A stretch of DNA of 64,000 bases from assembly GCA_963749495.1 (NCBI GenBank), contig CAVVMW010000024.1, positions 1-64,000 of the forward strand, in the 5' to 3' direction. The notes below the pieces were generated by a model, which worked only from the letters and a program-made list of their open reading frames with translations, did no database searches and had not been told where the DNA came from. Within the stretch, counting starts at the first letter, position 1. Every line of letters starts with the position of its first letter. Source of the stretch: an uncultured bacterium (GTDB lineage: Bacteria; Verrucomicrobiota; Verrucomicrobiia; Limisphaerales; UBA8199). The position numbers were made by a program, and so were the translations under genes. Below are positions 42,477 to 52,994 of this stretch, piece after piece.

Positions 42477-44051
42477 TCACCGTTCGGGCCGGGTGCGCAC
42501 GAAGACCACGCCATGGCGCGGCACCTGGGCCTTGAACTGGCCCTCGCAAGTTTCCAGGTCCTGCTGCCGCCAGAGGTCGCGGACAACTTGTTGGCCCGCC
42601 AGGCCGAGGTCGGTCCACGTGGCAACGACCGTCGAGGCCATTTCGCCGCGGTTGAACAGGCCGAGGGCCTTGGTGCCGTCCTCGAGGTCCCTGGCCCAGA
42701 CCTCGCAATCGTCCTGCTTGGCCACGCGGCGGGCGGGCTTGCCCAGCGGGTCCTGATCGACATCGATGACCTCATCGTTGCTGAGCAGGCCCCGGGTGAA
42801 GTCATCGAGCCGGGTGATGTCGCCGCTGAAGATGAGGGGCGCGGCCACCAGGCACCAGAGGGAGACGTGCGAGTACTGTTCGTTGGGGGTGAGGGGCGTT
42901 GGGGCGGTCTGGCCCTTCCAGTTGCTCAAGTAACCGAGCAGGAGGTAATCCGGGTCGTTCCAGCCGCCCGGGCCGGCGAAGTTGTGGAGTTGGTTGCGGG
43001 CATAGACATCGAAGCCGTCGCGGAACAGGGCGGCGGGGATGCCCTCGAAGGAGCCGCCCAGGTCGCCGGCGGTGCGCCAACTGTGCCCCCCAACCTCCTT
43101 GCCCCAGGTCCAGACGTTGCCCATGCCGTATTGGCACAGGTTCAGGACCATGTCGCGGTCCAGCCGCCGCAGGATGTCCCCCATCAGCTTGTAGGGCTTC
43201 TGGAATTCGGGCAGGCTGTTGCCCTTGGCCTTCTCGCCGTAAGAGCACCAGTCGTATTTGAGGAAGTCGAAGCCCCACTCGGCAAACCGCGCAGCATCGG
43301 CCTCTTCGTGGCCGAAGGCGCCGGCGTGCCCGCCGCAGGTCAGCGGCCCGGGCGAGGTGTAAATCCCGGCCTTGAGACCCTTGGAGTGGATATAATCGGT
43401 GAGCGCCTTCATATCGGGGAAATGGCGATTGGCGTTGACCTTGCCCTGGGCATCGCGCGGCTCGCCGCCGAGCATCGGGTCGTTGGACCCGGGCTTGACC
43501 GCCCAGCAATCATCGATGTTCACGTACTGGTAACCGTGATCCATCAGGCCGCTGGACACCATCGCGTCGGCCGCCTCCCGCATGATCTTGTCGGTCACGT
43601 GGCTTTCCCAGACATACCAACTGTTCCAGCCCATGTGGGGCGTCAGGGCCAGGGTGTCGCCGCAGACGATGCGGAACTTGCGCGAGGCGGCGCCGAGGCT
43701 GTTCGAGGCGCGGAAGGTCACTGTGTAGTCGCCCGGCTTTTCGAGCCGGCCGGTGATCTGCCCGCTCCGGGCGTCCACGCCCAGGCCGGGTGGCAAGTCA
43801 TCCACCGCGAAGGCCATTGGCCGCTCCCCGGTGGCCGGGATGGTGAACAGGAAGGGGTGTCCGGGCCGGACACCGAAGATGCGGGCGCCGTTGATGCGCG
43901 GCGCGCTCGGCGGCTTGGGGGTGAGCACGACGGCCTCTTCGCGCGGCGGCTTGGCAACTGCCGGCTGCGCCGCCGGGGCCTGGAAAGCAAAGGCCGCGGC
44001 TGCCAGCAGGGCAGTGGCCAGCCCGGGTAGAGCAAGTGCGTGGGTCTTCAT
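42477..44051 (-). CDS. GH27 alpha-galactosidase with an N-terminal Ig-like domain
   Basis: MGWNSW, NIDDCW, LKYDWC, WRTAGD and WNDPD motifs. Confidence 0.92.
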   Translation of the reverse strand: MKTHALALPGLATALLAAAAFAFQAPAAQPAVAKPPREEAVVLTPKPPSAPRINGARIFGVRPGHPFLFTIPATGERPMAFAVDDLPPGLGVDARSGQITGRLEKPGDYTVTFRASNSLGAASRKFRIVCGDTLALTPHMGWNSWYVWESHVTDKIMREAADAMVSSGLMDHGYQYVNIDDCWAVKPGSNDPMLGGEPRDAQGKVNANRHFPDMKALTDYIHSKGLKAGIYTSPGPLTCGGHAGAFGHEEADAARFAEWGFDFLKYDWCSYGEKAKGNSLPEFQKPYKLMGDILRRLDRDMVLNLCQYGMGNVWTWGKEVGGHSWRTAGDLGGSFEGIPAALFRDGFDVYARNQLHNFAGPGGWNDPDYLLLGYLSNWKGQTAPTPLTPNEQYSHVSLWCLVAAPLIFSGDITRLDDFTRGLLSNDEVIDVDQDPLGKPARRVAKQDDCEVWARDLEDGTKALGLFNRGEMASTVVATWTDLGLAGQQVVRDLWRQQDLETCEGQFKAQVPRHGVVFVRTRPER

Positions 44052-44169
44052 GGGCGTTCGCCTGGGGATTGAGTTTTTCATTGCAGACTTCTGGTGCCGT
44101 ATTCTCCACGCGCAGTGCGCGAAGTCAAACACGAAGCTCAGCCCCAAATCCTCGCGTGACCATTTTACG

Positions 44170-44231
44170 CCACGGAATACACGGAATACACGGAAAAGGG
44201 CCTTTTTCCGTGTATTCCGTGTATTCCGTGG
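44170..44231. repeat. 62-bp palindrome built from the 9-mer (CACGGAATA)x3; possible terminator for rpsB-tsf
   Basis: Perfect 28-bp arms, ~55 nt downstream of the tsf stop. Confidence 0.85.
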
Positions 44232-44285
44232 TTTATGTTTTCTGGATTGGCACGGAAGCTGAGAGGGCCTGGCCGGCCGATGGGT

Positions 44286-45134
44286 TCAGGCGGGCGCCGC
44301 TTCACCGACCTGAAAACGGGCGAAGCGCCGGATGGTGAGTTCGTCGCCCAACTGTTTGGCGACGGCGGCGATGTGCTCTTTGACCGAGATCTCGGAGTTC
44401 TTCTTGACGAACCCCTGATCCACCAGGCAATAGGCCTGGTAGAATTTCTCGAGCATCCCCTCGATGATCCTCGCGACGGCCTGGGGCGGTTTGCCCTTGA
44501 GGCGGTCGGACTGGGAGGCGATTTCGCGTTCCTTGGCGACGACGGCGGCGGGCACCTGGCCGCGCGCAATGGCCGAAGGATTGCCGGCGGCAATCTGGAG
44601 CGTGATGTCCTTGACCAACTGCTTGAAGTCGGCGTTGGCGACCGTGCTCTCCTTGCCGGCGCCGACCTCGACCAGGACGCCGACTTTTGCGCCGGTGTGG
44701 ATGTAGGCGGCGACCATGCCGTTGCCATCAACCTGCATGCGGGCGTGGCGGGGGACCTGGACGTTCTCGCGGATCTTCGCCACCAACTCGACGCGCTCGG
44801 CCTCGAAGTCCGCCTGGGGACCGGCGGCCAGCCGGCGGGCAACCTCGTCGGCAAAGGCCTTGAACAGGTCGTTGCGGGCGACAAAATCGGTTTGGCAATT
44901 GACCTCGACCAGCACGCCCAGCCGGCCATCGGGTGCGATATACTGGGCGATGACCCCTTCGCGGGCCTCGCGTCCGCCCTTGAGCACGGCCGTGGCGGCA
45001 CCCTTCTTGCGCAGAATATCCACGGCGCGGCTCATGTCGCCATTGGCCTCCTGGAGCGCCTTTTTGCAGTCCATCATGCCGGCGTTGGTCATTTCCCGGA
45101 GTCTGGCCACGGTGGCAGCAGTGATTTGAGCCAT
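44286..45134 (-). CDS. tsf: Elongation factor Ts
   Basis: LREMTNAGMMDCKKAL, EVNCQTDFVA and RFARFQVGE motifs. Confidence 0.97.
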   Translation of the reverse strand: MAQITAATVARLREMTNAGMMDCKKALQEANGDMSRAVDILRKKGAATAVLKGGREAREGVIAQYIAPDGRLGVLVEVNCQTDFVARNDLFKAFADEVARRLAAGPQADFEAERVELVAKIRENVQVPRHARMQVDGNGMVAAYIHTGAKVGVLVEVGAGKESTVANADFKQLVKDITLQIAAGNPSAIARGQVPAAVVAKEREIASQSDRLKGKPPQAVARIIEGMLEKFYQAYCLVDQGFVKKNSEISVKEHIAAVAKQLGDELTIRRFARFQVGEAAPA

Positions 45135-45205
45135 ATTGAAGAGTGGTTGGGGAGTTGGGAGCGGATGAGGCTATGGGGCGGGGGGCATCAGGGGCGCGGG
45201 CGCCG

Positions 45206-46024
45206 CTACCGGGGCCAGCGGCGGCAGCGGGGCGGAGCCGGCGCGGGCGCCGGGGCGGGGGCGGGGAGCGGTTCGGCGGCGGGGACAGGCTGGGCCGCGC
45301 CGGCCTCCTCGGCGGCCTTGCGGCGGGCAAACTTCGCCTCGAACTCCGCCTGGGACTGGGTGATGACCTGGCCCACGGTGGCCAGGACCATGCGAATGGA
45401 GCGGATGGCATCGTCATTGCCCGCAACCGGGTAGGCCACCAGGTCGGGGTCGCAGTTGGTATCGACAAGGGCCACGACGGGGATGTTGAGGCGGCGGGCT
45501 TCGGCCACGGCGTTGTGCTCGCGTTTGATGTCCACCACGAACATGGCCCCGGGCAGCTTGTCCATGGCCCGGATGCCGTCGAAGAACTTGACCAGCCGGG
45601 CGGCCTCGCGCCGGATCATCAACTGCTCCTGCTTGACGTAATTGTTGATGCTGCCATCGGTCTCCATCTTTTCGATCTGCTTGAGGCGGGCGATGGAGCG
45701 CTTGATGGTGGCAAAATTGGTCAGCGTGCCGCCCAGCCAGCGTTCGGTGACAAAGAACTGGCCGCACTCCTTGGCGGTGTCCCTGACCGCCTGCTGGGCT
45801 TGCTTCTTGGTGCCGACGAAGAGCACCTTGCCGCCCTTGGTCACCGTGTTGGCCAGAAAGGCGCAGGCGGCGTCCAATTGGTTGAGAGTCTTGCTGAGGT
45901 CAATGATATGAATGCCGTTGCGCGCGTCGAAGATGAACGGCTTCATCTTGGGGTTCCACCGTTTGGTTTGGTGCCCGAAATGGACGCCGGCATCCAGCAA
46001 TTCCTTTACGCCAATGCTAATCAC
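45206..46024 (-). CDS. rpsB: 30S ribosomal protein S2 (Pro/Ala tail may be frameshifted; alternative stop at 45171)
   Basis: AGVHFGHQTKRWNPKM, RWLGGTLTNF, DTNCDPD and NDDAIRS motifs. Confidence 0.97.
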   Translation of the reverse strand: MISIGVKELLDAGVHFGHQTKRWNPKMKPFIFDARNGIHIIDLSKTLNQLDAACAFLANTVTKGGKVLFVGTKKQAQQAVRDTAKECGQFFVTERWLGGTLTNFATIKRSIARLKQIEKMETDGSINNYVKQEQLMIRREAARLVKFFDGIRAMDKLPGAMFVVDIKREHNAVAEARRLNIPVVALVDTNCDPDLVAYPVAGNDDAIRSIRMVLATVGQVITQSQAEFEAKFARRKAAEEAGAAQPVPAAEPLPAPAPAPAPAPPRCRRWPR

Positions 46025-46273
46025 AAGTTTCCTTTGGTTGAGAGTCCGCCTGCCGGGCGGACCATCCCGCGGAACACGGGATTCTGTTCAATGTTGTTAT
46101 GGCCCCCGGCGCCAACACAGCGCCGGCAATCAAATCCATTATGGCCGTGAACTCGCTCCATCCGCCGCCGGCCCCGGGGGCCGCCGCCCGGACAACGGGC
46201 GCAGAACCATACCAGACCCGGGCAGACAGGCAACTCTTATTTTGAGGGAAAGCAGAACCGCAGAACCGCTCTT

Positions 46274-46385
46274 GCAGAACCATGCGCGGCAAAATCATTG
46301 CTGGCAAAATCATGCAGAAAGAATTCCTTAGAAATGATTTTGCCAGCAATGATTTTGCTTCATGCCTGCTGCCTATGATTTTGCC
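46274..46385. repeat. 15-nt-periodic inverted repeat (GGCAAAATCAT / ATGATTTTGCC)
   Basis: Two to three direct units followed by three inverted units. Confidence 0.8.
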
Positions 46386-46432
46386 TCATTTTAGGATTCA
46401 TTTTTCAACCGCCTTTGCGCAACGTAACGGGG

Positions 46433-47173
46433 ATGGGCGCAGACACAGACCCGGTGAGAGGGGCCGAACCGCTGGCGGGCGACACCGCCCAGGGCGGCCC
46501 GGCGGCCCGGCTGCCCTGGCGCAAGCTCGTGCTCCTGGCGGGGATGGCCGGCGTCTTGCTGGCGGTGGTCTATCTGTCTCCAATGCGCGGCTATCTGGGC
46601 CGATTGCGCGTGAGCGAGCAGGTCCGGGGCCTGGGCATCCTGGGGCCGCTGGCGTTCATGCTCGGCATCGCGGCGCTGGTCGCCGTCGGGTTCCCGCGGC
46701 TGCTCCTCTGCGCCATCGCCGGCATGGCGTTGGGTTTCTGGTCCGGGCTGCTCTGGGCGCAACTGGGCACGTTGCTGGGCAACTACGCGACCTTTCTGGT
46801 TGCCCGTTTTGGCGCCAGGCACTGGGCCCAACGCTATCTCTGGAGGCATGCGCGGCTCCAGGGGTGGGTCCGGCGCGAGGGCATCGCCGGGGTCATCCTG
46901 GCACGGCAATTGCCCATGCCGGGCCTGCTGATCAACCTCGGGTTGGGCCTGCTCCCCATCCGCCAGCGGCATTTCCTGCTCGGGACAGCCCTGGGCCAGT
47001 TGCCCGAGGCAGTCCCCTGCACGCTCATTGGCGCCGGCGCCCTCCAGGCCTCTGCGGCACGGAGCGCGGGACTTGTCGGCCTGGGCGCGGCGGCAGCGGT
47101 CCTGGTTTGGGTGGGCCTGCGCCGGTTCCTGTGTCCCGAAAGCACGGATGAGAAGACGCAGGGCGGCCTTTAA
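46433..47173 (+). CDS. TVP38/TMEM64 (DedA/VTT family) membrane protein
   Basis: FP...AG..LG...G, F..AR..., RQLPMP...N and FLLGT..G..P motifs. Confidence 0.8.
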   Translation: MGADTDPVRGAEPLAGDTAQGGPAARLPWRKLVLLAGMAGVLLAVVYLSPMRGYLGRLRVSEQVRGLGILGPLAFMLGIAALVAVGFPRLLLCAIAGMALGFWSGLLWAQLGTLLGNYATFLVARFGARHWAQRYLWRHARLQGWVRREGIAGVILARQLPMPGLLINLGLGLLPIRQRHFLLGTALGQLPEAVPCTLIGAGALQASAARSAGLVGLGAAAAVLVWVGLRRFLCPESTDEKTQGGL

Positions 47174-47279
47174 CAGTCTCGGAGGATTTGGGATTCAGGT
47201 AAATTGTTGACAACCTCACCGAATCTGAGAAAATGCCCGGGTTCTCCACCGAGTTGGCCAAGCAGAAGAACCAGCTTTT

Positions 47280-50200
47280 ATGAAAACCTCGAAGGTCCTC
47301 CCCACAACGCTCACGCTAGCCATCCTCTGTCTGGGCCTGGCCTGGCCGGCCACCACCAGGGCGGGTTTCAAGATCACGTTGAAACAGCCCCCGGACGGCG
47401 ACTACATCAGAGGGGGTCTGCCACCCATCGGGGGCTGCATCTACTCGTGGCCGGATCCCTGGGTGTGGCCGCTGACCGGCACATGGGTGGCGATTCAGCG
47501 CGATAGTGATGGGGCTTTTTGGAGCGGGTCCCAATGGCAGGGCTCCAGCGCCTGGATTACCGTCCTCGTCCCCGTCGGACTAATCTATAGCGGGCCTTGG
47601 ACCTTGCCGGTGCGGTTGCCTTCATACGCCGACCTGAGCGAGGGCAGTTACACGATCTCCGCCCACGCCGAAACGCTGGACGACAAGCGGGACGCACAAA
47701 CGCATTTCAAGGTCGATCGCACGCCGCCAGTCGTGAGTATCACGTCGCCAACCGATGGCGCAGGGTTGAGCAGTCTGACGCTGATAAGCGGCAGTGCCAC
47801 CGATACGGGGAGCGGAGTGGTCTCCTGCGATGTGGTGCTCCAGCGGCAGAGCGATCAACTTTGCTGGGACGGCCAGAATTGGAGCAGCGGGAATCCGATC
47901 AATACGTCGGGGCCTTCTCAGTTTACGGGTGACTATTGGAGCAATTGGAGCATCAGCGATAATCTACCCGGCGACTCTGACCTGCTCGAGGGGAACTATC
48001 TGATCACGGCGACCGCGCTCGACCGGATGGGCAACATCGGCACCGCCACCGTGACTTTTATCGTGGATCGGACTCCGCCCCTGGTGCCAGTCGTGAGTTC
48101 GCCCGCCGACGGAGCGACGATTCCAGCCCTGTTCAACATCTGGGGAACGACCGCCGATAATCCCGGCGGGGCTGGCATCGATCACGTCAACGTGCTGATC
48201 CAGCGAGCGCGTGACAATAGTACTTGGAACGGTTCGGATTGGGTGGCTAACCAGACCGAACTGCCCGCGACCTTGGGGGTTGTCCTAGTAAGAGTCCCGG
48301 TAAATGGGCATTGGGGGTCCATGCTGCAAACCTCATGGTCGCCCAGCGCCGGCCTGCCCACCGGCGACAAATTGGAGAACGGCGACTACGAGTTAATCGT
48401 CACCGCTTACGACGTGATGAACCTCCATACCGCAGCCACCAACACCTTCACAGTGAACAAGGTGGCGCCGACCATCACCATTGCCGCCCCCAGCAATGGC
48501 GGGACTTTCTCCAATGCCGCTTTCCCAGTCCTCTCAGGCACTGCCACCGTTACGTCCGGCCTCGGGATTGCCAAGGTGGTCCTTTATTTGGCGTACACGT
48601 ATATCAATGACTACAACGGACAGGAGGACGAAGACGACTGGAACGGAGTGGAATGGGTGAACCGGCAAACCACGGCTTTGACGGCCACGGTGTCCGGCAC
48701 TAATTGGACTTACAGCGCCGGGTTGCCCTCCGGAGGCAACCTGTCCGAGGGCCATTACCTGGTCCTGGCGTATGTCTATGACACAGGCGGCAATGACAAC
48801 TTCGCAGCTTGCCATGTGTACATTGACCGGACAGCCCCGCCTCCGCCCGTGATCCAAGTCCCCACCAGCGGCGCCGTGCTGAACGCCCTTTCGGGTATTC
48901 AGGGCACAGCAACCGACGACCCCAATGGCTACGGCCTCGATCACGTCGAACTCGCCCTGGTGGGGCAATTTCTCGATCCAGCGTCCCAGACGACGAAGAG
49001 TTACTACTGGGATGGCTCGGTCTGGCAGCCCAATGCGGTTTATCTGCGGGCCTTGTGCTCGGATACCAATTGGTTCTGCACCAACGCCCTGCCGGCGGGC
49101 ACGAACCTATACGACGCTTCCTATGTCATTCAGGCCCACGCCATCAATTTGGCGACCAATGTCGGTCCCGATGCCACCTGCAACTTCACGATCGATACCG
49201 TGCCGCCGGTGGTGACCATCACCTCGCCCACCAATGGCGAGGCGCTCTTGGATCTGAGCGGCTGTGCCGGGACGGTGACGGACAGCAGTCCGATTCGGAG
49301 CGTGACGCTCAATCTGTGGCGCGACAGCGATCTTCGCAGTTGGAATGGCGCTGCTTGGGCGAACGGCTACGCGGTGATCACGGCCACCGTCTCGGGGGCG
49401 ACCTGGACCTGCAATACCAGCCTGCCGCACGGGGACGATCTGCCGCCGGGAAGCTATTACTTGAATGCCGAGGGCGATGACACGGTGGGCAACAGCGGCA
49501 GCGCAACGGTGCTTATCACGGTCCTGGCCCCGAACCCGCTTCCCGCTCTTTCCTGGTTGGACCCCAGCGCCGGTTTTGCCGGTGATCCGGGCTTCACCTT
49601 GGCCGTGGTCGGCTCCAACTTCGTCCAGGGCGCCACCGTGCTCTGGAATGGAGCGGATCGAACTACTTACTACGTGGACGACCAGGAACTCCTGGCTCAA
49701 ATTAACGCGGCCGATGTCGCCTCCGCGGGCACGGTGGCTGTCTCCGTGTTCAATCCCGCCCCGGGCGGGGGGACTTCGACCAGTCTTGGCTTTGCCGTTC
49801 AAACCCGCCCTGTAGTGCCGAACGACAATTTCAGCGACCGTATCGTCCTGGGCGGCTATTCGGCGTCGGCAACGGGCAGCAATGCGGGGGCCACCCTCGA
49901 GAATGGCGAGCCCAACCCTGTGAGTGGCATGACGGGCGGGCGCTCGGTTTGGTGGTCCTGGACCGCCCCGGGCTCGGGCACGGTCACGACCGACACCAAG
50001 GGCAGCAGTTTCGATACCCTCCTGGGCGTATATACCGGCAACTCCCTGGCCAGCCTGACGCTTGTGGCCAGCGATAACAACAGCGGCGGCAATTTCACGA
50101 GCCAGGTCGTTTTTCAAGGCGAGGCGGGAACCCAGTACCAAATACAGGTGGATGGCGTGGCGGGTGCGTACGGGACGATTCAATTGAACATCAACGAAAG

Positions 50201-52652
50201 CCTCTCTGAGGAAAACCCGCACCTCACGAGCCTGGTTCCCCCTTCCGCTGTTGCCGGCGGGCCGTCCTTTACCCTGCAGGCAATCGGGTGGAATTTTGAC
50301 ATGAACTGCATCCTTCGCTGGAATGGCTCCAACCAGATGACCACCCTGGTCAGCGGCACGGAGTTGACCGCGACAATCCCCGCCGACTACATCGCGGTGC
50401 CCGCCACCTGCCACGTGGACGTGTTGATTCCCGGCTCGGGCGGTCTCCCGCCCCCGGGCATGAGCAATCCTCCTGTGACTGGGACCTTTTCCGAGGTCGT
50501 CAATTTTGTTATCCAACCGGGCAATCCGACCCCGGCCATCTCCAGCCTGAGTCCCGGCTTCGCGTTTGCGGGCGGGCCGCCCTTCACGCTCACGGTCAAT
50601 GGCAGCAACTTTATGAGCAGCGCGGTGGTGGCATGGAACGGCGTCAACCAATCCACAACCTTCATCAACAGCAACCAGTTGATGGCCATCATTTCGCCGA
50701 CACTTATCGCCTCCGCTGGCACCGCCGCGGTAACGGTGACGCAACCAGGCGCCCAGCCTTCGGCTTCAGTGACGTTCACAATCAACCCACCGAACCCAGT
50801 CCCTGCCTTGACGAGTCTGAGTCCTCTCTCCACTTGTGCAGGTGGGCCGGCCTTAACGCTGACGCTTGGTGGGAGCAACTTCATGGGCGCCTCCGTCGTC
50901 CGATGGAACGGCGCTGATCTTGCCACCACTTTCGGCTCGTCAACCCAGTTGACCGCCACGGTCACCGCTTCGGCTATTGCCGCGACTGGAGCCGTCCAGA
51001 TAGCTGTCTTCAACCCGCCGCCGGGCGGCGGCCTATCCGGTCCCCTCGACTTTGCGGTCCTGCCACCCAAGCCCGTCCCGCTTCTGGTCAGCCTCAACCC
51101 AAGCTCGGCGCTCGCCGGAGCCGATTCGTTGATGCTGACGGCTAACGGGAGCAACTTCGTGCAGAGCGCAATAATTCAATGGAATGGGACCGGTCTGGCG
51201 ACCACATTCGTGGACAACACTCAACTCATCGCCCTCGTGCCCAAGACCTTATTGGCTTTGGCCGGTTCAGTGAACATCATCGTATCCCAGGACGGAGTGC
51301 CTTCGCAGCCGCTTGCATTTGTGATTGGGAGTCCCAATCCCGTGCCGGTGATCAGCCAGTTGATTCCCAATTCGGCCACCGCCGGCGACCCAGCCTTCAT
51401 CCTCTCGGTGACGGGCACCAATTTCCTCACCAACTCGGTCGTGCGGTGGAATGGGGCGGACCGGGAGACCCTTTCTGGCTCGATCACTCAATTGATGGCG
51501 AAGATCACCGCCGCCGATGTCGCCTCCACCGGCACGGTGGCCGTCTCCGTGTTTAACCCCGCCCCGGGAGGCGGGCTCGCCGACGCCCTGGATTTTGTCA
51601 TCCAGCCTCCCAAGCCGGTGCCCACTCTAAGCACGTTGAGCCCGAACTCCGCGGTCGTGGGCGGCAACCTGTTCGTCCTGACCGTTTCCGGGAGCAATTT
51701 TACTGCCAGTGCCAGTATCCTCTGGAACGGAACGGCTTTGGCCACCACTTTTGTCGGCAGCGGACAACTCATGGCCATCATTCCGAAGACCCTCCTTACG
51801 ACCGCTGGCACGGCAACGGTGACGGTGGTCCAGGACGGCGTCGCCTCCAATCCGTTGAGCTTTGCGGTCGTGGCGCCAAACCCGGTGCCCTCTGTCGCGG
51901 CCCTCAGCCCCAATTCAGCCTACGCCGGGGGAACAGGGACCACCGTGACGGTCAGCGGGACGAATTTCATCCCGGCCTCGGTTGTCCGTTGGAACGGGGC
52001 GGATCGGCCGACAACGTTTAATTCCTCGACGCAGTTGGTGGCGCAGTTCAGCGCCGCAGACCTTGCCAGCGCCGGGACAGCCAGTGTGAGCGTGTTCAAT
52101 CCGAGCCCGGGCGGGGGCGGCTCGACCGCGCTGGTCTTCACTGTCCAGCAGGGCAATGCAACGCCCGCACTCTTCTCGTTGCAGCCGAGCTCGGCCACTG
52201 CCGGCGCCGGGGTCTTCTTGTTGACTGTCAACGGCACCAATTTCGTGAATGGCGCCACGATTCGTTGGAACAACGCGGACCAATCGACGAGTTTCATAAA
52301 CAGCAACCAGCTCTGCACTCTCATCCTGCCGGCCCTGGTGGCTGCGCCCGGCACTGCAACGGTCACGGTGTCCAACCCACCGCCCGGCGGTGGCATCTCC
52401 GGTCCTTTGCCTTTCGCCATCGCCGGCCAGCAAGTCCTGCTGACGTTGGCGCCCTTGCGCCTGCAAGGCGGGGGCTTCTACTACCGCGTGACAGGGCCAC
52501 CCGGTTCTCGCGTGATTATTGAGACGTCCACGAATCTGTTGAATTGGACGGTGGCGAGCACCAACGATCTGACCGGCGGCCAGACCGATTTATCGGACCC
52601 CAGTGTCGCGACTTCCAAGCGCCGATTTTTCAGGGGCGTGTTGTCCCAGTGA
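47280..52652 (+). CDS. Large secreted or surface protein: six Ig-like (Big) repeats, a PPC-like domain and about nine IPT/TIG repeats
   Basis: Signal peptide; repeated D.T.P.V.I.SP and W.G..W units; repeated P.P.L.SL.P..A.AG...LTV.GSNF...V.WNG units; C-terminal ETSTNLLNW..RRFFR module. Confidence 0.9.
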   Translation: MKTSKVLPTTLTLAILCLGLAWPATTRAGFKITLKQPPDGDYIRGGLPPIGGCIYSWPDPWVWPLTGTWVAIQRDSDGAFWSGSQWQGSSAWITVLVPVGLIYSGPWTLPVRLPSYADLSEGSYTISAHAETLDDKRDAQTHFKVDRTPPVVSITSPTDGAGLSSLTLISGSATDTGSGVVSCDVVLQRQSDQLCWDGQNWSSGNPINTSGPSQFTGDYWSNWSISDNLPGDSDLLEGNYLITATALDRMGNIGTATVTFIVDRTPPLVPVVSSPADGATIPALFNIWGTTADNPGGAGIDHVNVLIQRARDNSTWNGSDWVANQTELPATLGVVLVRVPVNGHWGSMLQTSWSPSAGLPTGDKLENGDYELIVTAYDVMNLHTAATNTFTVNKVAPTITIAAPSNGGTFSNAAFPVLSGTATVTSGLGIAKVVLYLAYTYINDYNGQEDEDDWNGVEWVNRQTTALTATVSGTNWTYSAGLPSGGNLSEGHYLVLAYVYDTGGNDNFAACHVYIDRTAPPPPVIQVPTSGAVLNALSGIQGTATDDPNGYGLDHVELALVGQFLDPASQTTKSYYWDGSVWQPNAVYLRALCSDTNWFCTNALPAGTNLYDASYVIQAHAINLATNVGPDATCNFTIDTVPPVVTITSPTNGEALLDLSGCAGTVTDSSPIRSVTLNLWRDSDLRSWNGAAWANGYAVITATVSGATWTCNTSLPHGDDLPPGSYYLNAEGDDTVGNSGSATVLITVLAPNPLPALSWLDPSAGFAGDPGFTLAVVGSNFVQGATVLWNGADRTTYYVDDQELLAQINAADVASAGTVAVSVFNPAPGGGTSTSLGFAVQTRPVVPNDNFSDRIVLGGYSASATGSNAGATLENGEPNPVSGMTGGRSVWWSWTAPGSGTVTTDTKGSSFDTLLGVYTGNSLASLTLVASDNNSGGNFTSQVVFQGEAGTQYQIQVDGVAGAYGTIQLNINESLSEENPHLTSLVPPSAVAGGPSFTLQAIGWNFDMNCILRWNGSNQMTTLVSGTELTATIPADYIAVPATCHVDVLIPGSGGLPPPGMSNPPVTGTFSEVVNFVIQPGNPTPAISSLSPGFAFAGGPPFTLTVNGSNFMSSAVVAWNGVNQSTTFINSNQLMAIISPTLIASAGTAAVTVTQPGAQPSASVTFTINPPNPVPALTSLSPLSTCAGGPALTLTLGGSNFMGASVVRWNGADLATTFGSSTQLTATVTASAIAATGAVQIAVFNPPPGGGLSGPLDFAVLPPKPVPLLVSLNPSSALAGADSLMLTANGSNFVQSAIIQWNGTGLATTFVDNTQLIALVPKTLLALAGSVNIIVSQDGVPSQPLAFVIGSPNPVPVISQLIPNSATAGDPAFILSVTGTNFLTNSVVRWNGADRETLSGSITQLMAKITAADVASTGTVAVSVFNPAPGGGLADALDFVIQPPKPVPTLSTLSPNSAVVGGNLFVLTVSGSNFTASASILWNGTALATTFVGSGQLMAIIPKTLLTTAGTATVTVVQDGVASNPLSFAVVAPNPVPSVAALSPNSAYAGGTGTTVTVSGTNFIPASVVRWNGADRPTTFNSSTQLVAQFSAADLASAGTASVSVFNPSPGGGGSTALVFTVQQGNATPALFSLQPSSATAGAGVFLLTVNGTNFVNGATIRWNNADQSTSFINSNQLCTLILPALVAAPGTATVTVSNPPPGGGISGPLPFAIAGQQVLLTLAPLRLQGGGFYYRVTGPPGSRVIIETSTNLLNWTVASTNDLTGGQTDLSDPSVATSKRRFFRGVLSQ

Positions 52653-52726
52653 CCAGCGAGCCTTTACCCGCGTAGCGTCAAAAAGCAATCGCCTGTCAGT
52701 TATTCCTCAGAACTCGCCCTTAAAGT

Positions 52727-52797
52727 GGCCGCTTGACGGCCTTGAGGTTTTCCGGGCAGAGTCGCGCCATGTACAAGATCATCGGAACAGACGGCAA
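52727..52797 (+). repeat. 71-bp direct repeat, left copy (promoter + start of the GYF_2 gene, then truncated)
   Basis: 70/71 identical to 61969-62039; continues as MYKIIGTDGNMSQ*. Confidence 0.95.
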
Positions 52798-52994
52798 TAT
52801 GTCACAATAATATGTCCCTGGCAGGCAAAAAGTGAGTTTCTGGCGGCAAAAGGGGCCGGTGCCGGGAAGGACCGACCCTTCGTTCACGCAGCCGGTTGAG
52901 GACGGCCCGGTGCAACCCCTACGGCGTCCTCAGAGGGGCACCGGCTTCCGTGCGGGCAATCAGCGCACGCCGAGCCAACGAGGACGAGCCTGTA

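Noticed and set aside
46025..46160. rpsB leader regulatory RNA
   Set aside because: Plausible by position, but I could not support a structure from the sequence alone.
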